The notes beneath the pieces are model-generated. The model did no database searches, was not told the origin of the DNA, and saw only the letters and a list, made by a program, of their open reading frames with translations. A stretch of 61,070 nt of DNA, filler included. It is 8 parts of 8 records of this genome, joined end to end, with 100 filler letters (N's around TTAATTAATTAA, not from the genome) between each part and the next. Parts side by side here need not be neighbours in the genome. Positions count along the whole stretch, not along the records: positions 24,337 to 31,782 come from SRR31156797_32246; positions 31,883 to 37,839 come from SRR31156797_32252; positions 37,940 to 47,674 come from SRR31156797_32261; 5 more parts are not named here. One strand, written 5' to 3'. Made by a program: the position numbers and the translations under genes. Each line of letters starts with the position of its first letter. Within the stretch, counting starts at the first letter, position 1. This document shows, piece by piece, positions 30,456 to 40,077 of this stretch.

Positions 30456-31121
30456 ATGAAACAATTAGCATATTCTACACCAAGAGAAACAATACAAGTT
30501 ATGGATGTAAATTTTATAAATACCGACGATTTTATGCACCTTATGATAAAGTTTTGCCTTAATCTTTTGGTAACCTTTATTGTAGTCAACTTTATATATT
30601 CAAAAAATAGCAATCGCAAGGACTTTTACTTTAGCTACTTTGCTATCAGCATTACGGTTTTTACCCTTTGCTTTTTGTTGGAAAGTGTAAAACTCGAATT
30701 AGGTTTTGCTCTCGGTTTGTTCGCCATATTTGGCATTATTCGATACCGTACCGATGCTATTCCTATTAAGGAGATGACCTACCTATTCGTCATTATTGGT
30801 TTATCAGTAATTAACGCACTGGCCAATAATAAAGTCAGTCATATGGAATTAATTTTTACCAACCTGGCTATTGTATCCACAATGTGGTTGCTGGAAAAAA
30901 CTTTGCTTCTAAAACAAGAAGCTTGTTTAATTATGGATTACGAGAACATCGAAAATATTCATATTCTAAAAAAAGAAGATTTATACGAGGACATCAAAGC
31001 CCGCACCGGAATAAAAGTAAAGCGAGTTGAAGTTCAAGAAATTAGCTACTTACGCGATGTAGCCACCATTAAGGTATTTCATGATTTGAACGGAAAAAAT
31101 GGAGAATCAAATACATTTTAA
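30456..31121 (+). CDS. DUF4956 membrane protein
   Basis: LGFALGLFAIFGIIRYRT...KEMTYLF motif, about 5 TMs and a soluble C-terminus; start codon uncertain (30456 or 30501). Confidence 0.88.
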   Translation: MKQLAYSTPRETIQVMDVNFINTDDFMHLMIKFCLNLLVTFIVVNFIYSKNSNRKDFYFSYFAISITVFTLCFLLESVKLELGFALGLFAIFGIIRYRTDAIPIKEMTYLFVIIGLSVINALANNKVSHMELIFTNLAIVSTMWLLEKTLLLKQEACLIMDYENIENIHILKKEDLYEDIKARTGIKVKRVEVQEISYLRDVATIKVFHDLNGKNGESNTF

Positions 31122-31123
31122 GA

Positions 31124-31756
31124 ATGAGGAGGATAGTAATAATAGGAATACTTGGTTTGCTGACACTGCAAATGAACGCACAGCGCACTTGGATTGAAAC
31201 AGATTTTTCGACTAAAATAACCGAGAACTTTGAGTTCACCCTTTCACCGGAATTAAGATTTAATGAAGGATGGGATTTAAAGGAATATTTTATTGAACCA
31301 TCATTGGAATATTCCATCAACAAATATCTAAAATTTAGTGGAGGATACCGATTAGGTTATAACATTAACAAAAAAGACGAACGTGAAGGTTTCGGTCGTT
31401 TTCGTTTAGATGCTAAAACAGGGCTTAAATGGATGAATTTTAGACCAAAATTCAGAATACGTTATACCAATGGCGATGATTTTACAGATGATGACGATGA
31501 AGAAACAGAATATTTAAGGTATAAGTTTTCACTTGGCTATAAGCTGGATAAAATTAAAACAGAACCTTATATAGCCTACGAATGGTATAGAGATTTAGAG
31601 GCACAAGAATTTAATAAAGCACGCTTTGAAGCAGGTTTTTTATATAAACTTAATAAACACCATAAAGTTGGTGCCTATTACAGAACCAACAACTATTTAG
31701 TTAAGGATAAAGAAACCGTTAAAATTATTGGTATTTCATACAAGTTCAGTTTATAA
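31124..31756 (+). CDS. DUF2490-like outer-membrane beta-barrel
   Basis: Signal peptide ending AQ, alternating amphipathic strands, YLRYK and EPY..YE motifs, C-terminal ISYKFSL. Confidence 0.78.
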   Translation: MRRIVIIGILGLLTLQMNAQRTWIETDFSTKITENFEFTLSPELRFNEGWDLKEYFIEPSLEYSINKYLKFSGGYRLGYNINKKDEREGFGRFRLDAKTGLKWMNFRPKFRIRYTNGDDFTDDDDEETEYLRYKFSLGYKLDKIKTEPYIAYEWYRDLEAQEFNKARFEAGFLYKLNKHHKVGAYYRTNNYLVKDKETVKIIGISYKFSL

Positions 31757-31782
31757 CCTGAGTTCGATTAAAATTTCAGAAT

Positions 31783-31882
31783 NNNNNNNNNNNNNNNNNN
31801 NNNNNNNNNNNNNNNNNNNNNNNNNNTTAATTAATTAANNNNNNNNNNNNNNNNNNNNNNNNNNNNNNNNNNNNNNNNNNNN
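31783..31882. other. Artificial contig spacer
   Basis: N-run with TTAATTAATTAA. Confidence 0.99.
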
Positions 31883-33163
31883 TTCCATCATCTCATTCAT
31901 CTCATGATTACCTTTGCTTGCAGATTCCTTTGCATTTGATGATAGAAATACAGCTTGTTTGGTATTCTCAGTATTTTGAGCAACCATAGATGATGTCTCA
32001 TCAAGTGTAGAGGAGGTTTCCTCGATGGATGAAGCCTGTTCAGAGCTTGCCTCTGCAAGTTCCTGACTGGCAAATGATAACTGTTCAGAAGCATTAAATA
32101 CTTCATCAGAGCCTTGGCCTAATTCTCTTATGATTTTGGTTAGAGATATTGTAATTCCTTTTGTTATAAAGATAGCGCATAATACTGCAATAACGAGAGC
32201 AACAGCACTAAGTATCATTATAACTGTTTTAACATTTGATGCGATTTTGATCATCAGTTCATCTGTTGTTACATTTTCATTTGTAGTAGTAATAACCTGT
32301 TTAAACAGATCTTGTATTGTAGCAAGATGAATTAAGGTTTCGCTTGTGTAAATTTTATTAGCTTCTTCCATTCCGGCTATTTTATCATTTGTTCTTGTTT
32401 TCATATCTCCAATAATAGATTGAACTTCCTGAAGTGCAGGAATACTTTCACTTAGGAAAATATTATAAGCGAGATTTCGAGTACTTGCTTTGTTTTTATC
32501 CCATGTATCTATAATTTTTTCTGCTGATGTATGAAGTTTGCTGTGAGGTGCTTTTATGTCTTCAAGTAGTCCTGCTAAGACTGTATCTGAAGCTGCCATC
32601 TCCTGACCTTTGTCACCGTAGATAAATTTTCCCAGTCCGCATTTGTGATCGTCAGTTTCAACATGAAGTTCGTCTTTTTCCTCTACAAAAAAAGTTAAAA
32701 TAGTATTTGCCCACCTAAAATGATCTGCCTCTTTTTCAGCTAAAAATTGAGGTAGTGTCAGGTCAGCCTGAGCGTAAACTTCAGAGATTTTTATAGCACT
32801 TTTGTGTAGGTTTTCATGAGGTTCCTCCATTTGCCTAAATATTGGTATTAGTGCAGGAATTATTTGCTCAGCTTTTTGCCTTCCCTTACCGTAATACCAT
32901 TTACCAAAACCACACTCTTCGTGATCGGTTTCAACATCTAAGTGAGTTACGTGTTTATCTGTTAGCAGAGAGTTTACTTTTCCGGCCCATTTTAAATGAT
33001 CGATTTCCCTTTGTAACATTTCACCCTTGATGCTATTACCGTTATTTACACTTTTTGCTTCTTTAACGATATTGCTGATTCCAATAATTCCCCACAATGA
33101 AACTATGACGAGTAAAAGAACAGTTACTGCAAAACCTAAACCAATTTTTTTACCTATACTCAT
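31883..33163 (-). CDS. Methyl-accepting chemotaxis protein with two CZB domains (3' truncated)
   Basis: TM1; DHLKW..CGFGKW..HENLH and DHFRW..CGLGKF..HSKLH; TM2; then EQASSIEETSS signalling helix. Confidence 0.9.
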
Positions 33164-33221
33164 TTTTCCCCTCTCCCTTTTATGTGCTTTTTATTTCTAA
33201 TATTCACTCCCTTCGTGTTCT

Positions 33222-33264
33222 AAAAAAGCAAAAGCTTTGCATAAATATCATTATGCAAAGCTTT
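33222..33264 (-). terminator. Intrinsic terminator
   Basis: 14-bp stem AAAGCTTTGCATAA/TTATGCAAAGCTTT directly after the PAS-GGDEF stop. Confidence 0.75.
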
Positions 33265-34161
33265 CTAGTCATTGATAGTTATTCTATTTTTTCCTTTTCC
33301 TTTGCTTGTAGTCATTAAACTCTCAGCTCTTGAAACGACTCCGCTTACATTATCGCTTTCGTTGATGAAAGCTCCTCCTATTGACACAGTTACTCTAATT
33401 TCATGCTTATCTGTATAAGTAATACTTTTTTCCACAAGTATTCTTAATCTATCAGCCATTTTACTTAGTTCTTCTTTAGAGTTTAGCGTTAATATAGCTA
33501 CAAACTGATCATCATGCCAACGACCGATGATATCATCTGTTCTAATGTTAAGCTTAAGTGTTTGCGCAACGGTTTTAATTACTGATTCTCCGATACTTCG
33601 ACTATATTGATCATTAACTTCATGCAAATCATCAATATTAATAACAAGTAAACCATAATCATTATCTAGAGTGCTAAGCTCATTGATTTTTAAATTTATC
33701 ATTTTATAAATATATTTTGCATTAGGAAGTGTAGTTAAAGGATCATACATTGAGAAACTTTGTAAACCTTTTTCCTTCTGCTTTTCTGAATTATTATTAC
33801 TGATCTTCTTAAAAATCTCAATTGCGCCAATGATCTCATCATTATGAAAAATTGGAATAACTTTAACGTGAATAGGTACTCGATATCCTGATTTATGATG
33901 AAGGAATACATCTCTTTCTATTAATTCACCACTTGTTATACTTTCAGATAAAGGACAGCCGTTTAAGCACAGCTCCTCTCCCTCTTCATCAATGTGTCTC
34001 AATAGATTATGATAACAGAATGTTTCCACTACCTCTTTGGCAGTGTATCCCGTGATTTTTTCAGCTGCTCTATTCCAGAAGGTGATTCTTCGTTCTTTGT
34101 TAACAAAGTAAACACCATCACTAATATTATTAACTAATGCTCTATAATTTTTGATCTCCAT
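33265..34161 (-). CDS. PAS + degenerate GGDEF protein
   Basis: PAS (WNRAAEKITGY) with a Cys cluster; DPLTTLPN and NIDD..VND; active site reads GRWHDDQF. Confidence 0.88.
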   Translation of the reverse strand: MEIKNYRALVNNISDGVYFVNKERRITFWNRAAEKITGYTAKEVVETFCYHNLLRHIDEEGEELCLNGCPLSESITSGELIERDVFLHHKSGYRVPIHVKVIPIFHNDEIIGAIEIFKKISNNNSEKQKEKGLQSFSMYDPLTTLPNAKYIYKMINLKINELSTLDNDYGLLVINIDDLHEVNDQYSRSIGESVIKTVAQTLKLNIRTDDIIGRWHDDQFVAILTLNSKEELSKMADRLRILVEKSITYTDKHEIRVTVSIGGAFINESDNVSGVVSRAESLMTTSKGKGKNRITIND

Positions 34162-34282
34162 ATAACCACTTCCTTAACCATTAAATTGAATTGAAATAAT
34201 GCTTGGCACATGAATTTTATTCAAATTTTTTTGATATTTCCTTTAATAATAACGAAAAATATTTATATTGATACTTTAAGAT

Positions 34283-34321
34283 AAAAAAAGACAGCTTAGA
34301 GTTAAATCCAAGCTGTCTTTT
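34283..34321 (-). terminator. Intrinsic terminator
   Basis: AAAAGACAGCTT/AAGCTGTCTTTT stem with flanking A/T runs. Confidence 0.75.
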
Positions 34322-34371
34322 AGCCTTTTATTTAATTTTATTTAAAAACAGGAGGTGAACATATTTAATAA

Positions 34372-35049
34372 TTAATTTGTTTTTGACAATTTAATTCTTG
34401 TTTTCATAACTGAATGTATAGTTAATGTTCTTTTATCTTTTGAATAATCGAAATTGAATTGTGTATCTAATTTAGGAAATAAATCTGATGTTCCTGTAGC
34501 TTTTTTCATAGCAGTTTTTGCAACCTTTTTCATAGCTAATCCCATTAAACCTTGATCTGAACCAACATCGTTTGCTGCATTTTTTGCAGCTTCAAATTTT
34601 GTTCTTTCCCAATCATAAAAACCTCTAAAGTTTTCTCCTGATCCTTTAATAACTAAAGTTGGATTTTGTTCATCCATGTATAAAATTTCTCCACTAGAAC
34701 TTAAGCCCCATTTACTGATAATCACAACTTTGTACTCTTCGATATCTAAATCAGGATATTTTTCTCTCCAATCAACTAATTTTTCAGCAATTTTAGCTTC
34801 ACTAACAATATAAGTGAATTTTGCAGTTTCACTGTTGAAATCAAAATCAGCAGTTATTTTTTCATATGTATTAGCCAAATAATCATTACCGCCTATATCA
34901 TAACTAGATACCGACCATTCCCCAACAAAATGGTTAGTAACTTTTGTGAATTCTTTTGTATCTTTTTTCATATAATTATTAGTAGAAGTACATGCAAAAA
35001 AAGTAATTAATGAAAGTAATACTATCAAATAACTTTTAAAAAATTTCAT
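34372..35049 (-). CDS. Lipoprotein of unknown function (lipocalin-like FVGEW motif)
   Basis: RBS GGGAG, then MKFFKSYLIVLLSLITFFA-C lipobox; start reassigned to ATG 35049. Confidence 0.75.
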   Translation of the reverse strand: MKFFKSYLIVLLSLITFFACTSTNNYMKKDTKEFTKVTNHFVGEWSVSSYDIGGNDYLANTYEKITADFDFNSETAKFTYIVSEAKIAEKLVDWREKYPDLDIEEYKVVIISKWGLSSSGEILYMDEQNPTLVIKGSGENFRGFYDWERTKFEAAKNAANDVGSDQGLMGLAMKKVAKTAMKKATGTSDLFPKLDTQFNFDYSKDKRTLTIHSVMKTRIKLSKTN

Positions 35050-35452
35050 AAATACTCCCTTCAAACTTTTTATTATATTCACCTCTACATAGTTTACTGG
35101 TTTATTTATCTTTTCCTTTATTATTTTTATCACTTTTTTTCTTGACAAAAAAGATAATTTTTGTTTTTTTATACTTTTGACATTCTAAAGCTGATTGGTG
35201 TTTTTGTGGTTTGTAATTAATGTAATTGATATTGTAGATTAGGTTGATAAGAAAACATATAGAGTGAAGATGTCACTTGAATTTCACCTAACGTGTCTTA
35301 AAAATTATATATAATGATTATAAATTTTTTAATTTTTTTTCAAGACTTTTTTTTATAACAGTTGCTTTCTATCAAATAATGGATTAAAATATTACTAAGT
35401 CCTAATATGGATGACGAATTCGAATTTAGTACAAAAGGAGGGTGAAGTTCTT

Positions 35453-35803
35453 ATGAGTAATTTAATTAATGTTTTAAATCAAATTCTTCAACTTGAAAAA
35501 AATAGTGAGTACTTCATGGCTCTGGATAAATTGATAGTAGATTTGAATTTAACCCAAATTAGTAATAAAGATTTAGAATTACTTTTAGGATTTACAAAAA
35601 AACTAATTACAAAACGACCGAATAATGAAACTCTTCTTTTAATTAATGGAATAATGAATGAATTAAATCAGTTTCATTCTAAAAAATTTTTATCTGTTTA
35701 TTCTTTTTTCTTGAAATATTGCAAATCTCAAGAATTAAAGAATGAAATTATATGGTTTATAAGTTATCAAAAAAAAGATTTAGGAGGAGAGGATGAGTTA
35801 TAA
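35453..35803 (+). CDS. Hypothetical helical protein
   Basis: ORF with strong RBS GGAGGGTGA before ATG 35453; no recognisable motif. Confidence 0.55.
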   Translation: MSNLINVLNQILQLEKNSEYFMALDKLIVDLNLTQISNKDLELLLGFTKKLITKRPNNETLLLINGIMNELNQFHSKKFLSVYSFFLKYCKSQELKNEIIWFISYQKKDLGGEDEL

Positions 35804-35843
35804 AAACACCTGCTTTATTTTGAATAATCAAATAAAGCAGGTG
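35802..35843. terminator. Terminator hairpin between convergent genes
   Basis: CACCTGCTTTATTT/AAATAAAGCAGGTG 14-bp stem. Confidence 0.75.
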
Positions 35844-35868
35844 CCTTAAATTAGATATGAGTTTATTA

Positions 35869-37056
35869 TTAATCAATATTTAGGTCTTCGTCGTAAAAGC
35901 AAAAACCGTTCTTGCAATTTTTCTTAGCATCATATAAAGCAAGGTCAGCTCTGGAGAATAATTCTTCGAAATTTTTTCCATCATCCGGATAAAGGGCAAG
36001 GCCGATACTAAAAGTTATTTTGATGTTTAGATTATTAATAATAAATGGTTGTCTTATGGAATCTAACAAACGATTTAGCACATGAGCACAGCCCTTTTTA
36101 TCTTTTACATTCATAAGTAACATAACGAATTCATCCCCGCCTATTCTCGAGACGGTATCGTATTCTCTTAAAATATTTGATATTCGGAGAGCTGTTTCTT
36201 TTAATATTTCATCACCTGCTAAGTGCCCGTAATTATCATTTATTTGTTTGAAATCATCTAAATCAACTACACAGATAGCTATTTTTATTTTGTTTTTTTT
36301 AGCCATAAGAATATTTTTTTCAACTCTGTCTTGCAATAATCTTCTATTCGGAAGTTCTGTAAGGTGATCATGTGTTGCCAGTTTCTCAGCTTTCTCTTTT
36401 GCTTTAAGAAGCTCTCTTTCCTGAATAAATATTTTTTTGGTCATGAACAAGCCATAAATTGTTACAGTTAAAGCAAAGATTAGCATAGAGATATCTATTA
36501 TTTTTTGTCTAAATATAATTTTATCATTATACTTTTGATAGAGATTAGTCAGTATATCAAATTTGTCTTTTAGTTCCATTGCACTGGATGTAATGAGTAT
36601 AACATTTTCGTCTCTTTGAGGATCTGTTAACAGTTGTTTGCAATTTTTTACATATAACTCACTGAGTTTTTTTATTTCACTGAGTTCTTTATCTACTTCG
36701 AGATAATAAGTCGAACCAACTGTAAAATTTGACTCACCATCTATAAGTGTATTTGTAATAGAATTATATTTAATGAGTTCTTTTTTAATAATTTCCTTAA
36801 TATTATCTAATTCTTCGGTACTTTTATTACTCTCAACGCCGTAATATAGCTGTTGTGAATAATTAGATAATAACATTGTCCTCATACGCTGAGAACCTGA
36901 GATGTTAATAGCGGTACTTAAGTAACTTTTGGTTTCACTAATATAAATTGAATAACCGATCCCGATAAAAAAAGGAATAAATGAGAAAATTAAAACATAT
37001 GTATTAATAACAGCTATTGATTTTGTTTTCTTAATAGGTATAAAAATGTTTTTCAT
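35869..37056 (-). CDS. Membrane diguanylate cyclase with NarX/PilJ-like sensor domain
   Basis: TM, AINISGSQRM P-box-like motif, TM, HDHLTELPNR, intact RIGGDEF with an RxxD I-site (REYD). Confidence 0.9.
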   Translation of the reverse strand: MKNIFIPIKKTKSIAVINTYVLIFSFIPFFIGIGYSIYISETKSYLSTAINISGSQRMRTMLLSNYSQQLYYGVESNKSTEELDNIKEIIKKELIKYNSITNTLIDGESNFTVGSTYYLEVDKELSEIKKLSELYVKNCKQLLTDPQRDENVILITSSAMELKDKFDILTNLYQKYNDKIIFRQKIIDISMLIFALTVTIYGLFMTKKIFIQERELLKAKEKAEKLATHDHLTELPNRRLLQDRVEKNILMAKKNKIKIAICVVDLDDFKQINDNYGHLAGDEILKETALRISNILREYDTVSRIGGDEFVMLLMNVKDKKGCAHVLNRLLDSIRQPFIINNLNIKITFSIGLALYPDDGKNFEELFSRADLALYDAKKNCKNGFCFYDEDLNID

Positions 37057-37268
37057 TTTGACCTCCTTTTGAAGAATCTTTTATTCCCTACTAATATACT
37101 ATACTTACTTTTTTTAAAAATACTTTTAAATTATATAAAAAAATTAATGAATTTCAAGATATCTTTTGATTAAGTAAAAAATAGATTCGTAGAATATTTG
37201 AAATAAAGAGGAAAATTCAATTAATGTAGAATAAATTAAATTATAGAAGTATAAAGGGGTTAATAAAT

Positions 37269-37796
37269 ATGTTGAATTCGAATAAAAAATCTGAAATGAA
37301 TATCCTAAAGGATTATTCTGATAAAATATATAATTTTTCTATTGAATTTGAATACTTTGTTGATAGAAATCATCAACTTGAGAAAGTAGTTAAAAGAATA
37401 ATTAATAGAAGTCAATTTATGGTTTCCTTGCCAAATTTTTTGTTGAAATTTTTCAATAAAAAACGTAATAAATTAATAAGATTAAGTAATATTGTTTTTG
37501 AAAGTATAGAAAAAAATAAAACAAACATGTTAAAATTTCAATCGGATTTCATTAATAATTTAGAGGATTTTGATAACATTTCTTCCGAAGGAAACAATGA
37601 ACTAAATACTCAGGAAAAAGAATTGTTGGATGAATATTGGAAGTTAAAAAAACTATTAGAGAATGAAATAACTATTTCTTATGATCTTTTTAATGAATTG
37701 CAGGCTAACTTTCTCTTAATTGAAAGTAATAATAGTCTGTTAGAGGAAATTAAAGATAAGGAAATTGAAATAAATGGACAAAGTGAAGATAAATAA
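37269..37796 (+). CDS. Hypothetical coiled-coil protein
   Basis: 175-codon ORF in AT-rich DNA; no recognisable motif. Confidence 0.55.
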   Translation: MLNSNKKSEMNILKDYSDKIYNFSIEFEYFVDRNHQLEKVVKRIINRSQFMVSLPNFLLKFFNKKRNKLIRLSNIVFESIEKNKTNMLKFQSDFINNLEDFDNISSEGNNELNTQEKELLDEYWKLKKLLENEITISYDLFNELQANFLLIESNNSLLEEIKDKEIEINGQSEDK

Positions 37797-37839
37797 ATTA
37801 ATATAAAAGCTATAATGATTGTCTAAATCTAAAGCACAT

Positions 37840-37939
37840 NNNNNNNNNNNNNNNNNNNNNNNNNNNNNNNNNNNNNNNNNNNNTTAATTAATTAANNNNN
37901 NNNNNNNNNNNNNNNNNNNNNNNNNNNNNNNNNNNNNNN
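37840..37939. other. Artificial contig spacer
   Basis: N-run with TTAATTAATTAA. Confidence 0.99.
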
Positions 37940-38656
37940 GCCTGCCAGGGTGCCGATGGCCTCCATCTTGTATGCCTGGTTTAATTGGTCCTTCAGCTCA
38001 GCCTTTTCCTTTTCGGCCTTTTTCCGGTCGCTGATTTCCCGGACAATGGCCAGGGATGAGAGTTTGCCCTGGTAGATGATCCGTTTTGCCGACAGCTCCA
38101 CCGGTTTTCGGGTGCCATCCTTGCACAGGACAACCACCTCGTAAATTGGAGAGACCTTTTCGCCGTTGATCCGTTTTGTATAGTGCTCCATCACTGTCTG
38201 CCGGAATTCAGGGGCGATGAGATCGAGAAGGGGCATGGTCATCACCTCCTGGGCCGTGTACCCCGTGACCTGGGCAATGGTGGCATTGGCAAATTTGATC
38301 ACCCCGTCCCGGACCACCAGCACGCCGTCCCTGGCCTGTTCCACAACGGTGGCATATTTTTCCTCGGATGCGCGCAATGCCGCTTCAATTTTTTTTCGTT
38401 CCTGTATCGACTGCTGCAGGCGTCTGTTCATGGCGATCACCGTCATGTGCCGCCACAGGAGCAGCAACAGAATGCAGAGTATCGATATCGCTCCCATCAC
38501 CCCAGGCGTGTTCCGCCCATCCAAGACTGCCTGGGTCGGGGCACCCGGGCCGGTATCCAGGGCGTAACCGTCCGCCCCCCCCCACGGCACCGGGGCAAGG
38601 AAGAGGAGAACCAAAATAACACAAGCCTGGATAACCGCTTTTCGGTTTCTTATCAT
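37940..38656 (-). CDS. Membrane PAS sensor histidine kinase (3' truncated)
   Basis: Two hydrophobic segments, PAS domain, QAYKMEAIGTLAG start of the H-box. Confidence 0.87.
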
Positions 38657-38883
38657 GGTGAATGGCTCGTTTTGTTAAGGCCTGTACTGCCTGGATCTGT
38701 CATATGATGATGTATTTGTAAAGTCTACAACAGCGCCTTGGGGGAGACAAGGGGAAAATGGTTTTAAACCGGGCTGACGCTGTGATAGGGTCGAACAGGC
38801 ATGGGGGACATATGATAATTATTGGACGTCTGTCCATGGCCGCCATGGGAAACAGTGGGACATTAACCGTTCAGGAGGAGGAG

Positions 38884-39501
38884 ATGACCGAAAGAAAAGC
38901 AGGGGTATTCAAAGAAACCTATGCAAACTATCTTCAGAAGGTTTCAGTTCTGGATCTTGGCAAGATCGCCGGGATTCTTGGCGGGGAAATCCGTGACAAC
39001 GGGCTTTTGATTCCCTATTTCAACCGGGAGTACAGGGTTGCTTCAACAGGGGTGACCGATTCCCTGGGGGCCACCCCGGATTTCGCAATCAGCGTTGTGC
39101 TGTTGAAGTATGTGCTCATGGCGCCGGCGGTCCGGCCCATTCCCAGGGGGGAATGGCGGAGTTTCAAGGATTTTGCCGATGCAGGCCCCCTTGTCACCTA
39201 TTTTGACTCAAACGCCATCAAGGCCCTGGAAAGGGCCTTTGGAGGAAAGGTCGGCCTGCTTGAAGGGCGGTGCCGTGCACTGGGGGCGAAACCATCCCTT
39301 TTTACTTCATCCTACGATATTTCCATGGGAATTCAGGTGCTGCCCAACGTTCCCCTGGTGCTCAATTTCAACGACAGGGATGAGGCGTTTCCGCCCGGCT
39401 GTACCATTTTGTACGACCGTACGGTTGACTCCTGCCTGGACATGGAGAGCGTGGCCATTACCGGGACCACCCTTGCAGGATTGCTGATGAAATCCGTTTG
39501 A
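38884..39501 (+). CDS. DUF3786-family protein
   Basis: IPYFNREY, VVLLKY, WRSFKDF and DRDEAFP..C.ILYD...LDME; RBS GGAGGAGGAG before ATG 38884. Confidence 0.8.
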   Translation: MTERKAGVFKETYANYLQKVSVLDLGKIAGILGGEIRDNGLLIPYFNREYRVASTGVTDSLGATPDFAISVVLLKYVLMAPAVRPIPRGEWRSFKDFADAGPLVTYFDSNAIKALERAFGGKVGLLEGRCRALGAKPSLFTSSYDISMGIQVLPNVPLVLNFNDRDEAFPPGCTILYDRTVDSCLDMESVAITGTTLAGLLMKSV

Positions 39502-39526
39502 GCCTGTTGCCCCGTCCCTGTGGTTG

Positions 39527-39958
39527 TCATTCCTGCAGAACCGGGCAACCGTGTCGATGGTCTTTGGTGACGACGTTTCGTTTCGATTCGAACAGTCTTG
39601 CGAAAACAGGGCAGGACCGGCACTCCTGGATCTTGTCCTGCCAGGTCTTGTGAGCCTTGCCGCTGCAGATCGTTCCGTTGATGAACCAGCACAGATCCCC
39701 TGAATGGAATTCCCAGGCCGGGCAGTTTTCCCGGAGCTCTTCGGGGCAGTCCAGAATCTCCCAGCATTTTTCCGAATCGTTGTTATCGTTTCGTCTGAAG
39801 AGCAGGAACAGCAGCTGCCGTTCCACATGATGGGGAACCCGTCTCCATCCCTGTTCGTAGCTGTGTACCGCCTTGATAGATGTTCCGATGAGCTGCGCCA
39901 TCTCTTTCTGGGTCTTGTTGAGCCTCGCTCTGATCTCCTTGAACTGCTGTTTCTCCAT
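39527..39958 (-). CDS. XRE-type HTH regulator with Cys-rich two-CW domain
   Basis: TQKEMAQLIG.SIKAVHSYEQG HTH; CWEILDC..CPAW..CWFINGTIC..CRSC. Confidence 0.85.
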   Translation of the reverse strand: MEKQQFKEIRARLNKTQKEMAQLIGTSIKAVHSYEQGWRRVPHHVERQLLFLLFRRNDNNDSEKCWEILDCPEELRENCPAWEFHSGDLCWFINGTICSGKAHKTWQDKIQECRSCPVFARLFESKRNVVTKDHRHGCPVLQE

Positions 39959-40077
39959 AATCGCTCTTTTCTTAAAGGTTGGCTTTCTGAAAAACCGAAT
40001 TATGGGAAGAGGGTATACCACAATGTGGAGATTGTCAACGGATAGCTGTGCCCTCGCGCCCTGGAGGTCACCCCGCC

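Noticed and set aside
31756-31782. ACCTGAGTTCG at the contig end as a possible IS/MITE terminus
   Set aside because: Only 27 nt are available; cannot be supported without the other end.
35150-35410. Possible c-di-GMP riboswitch or ncRNA near the GGDEF genes
   Set aside because: No GEMM core motifs; weak pairing in very AT-rich DNA.
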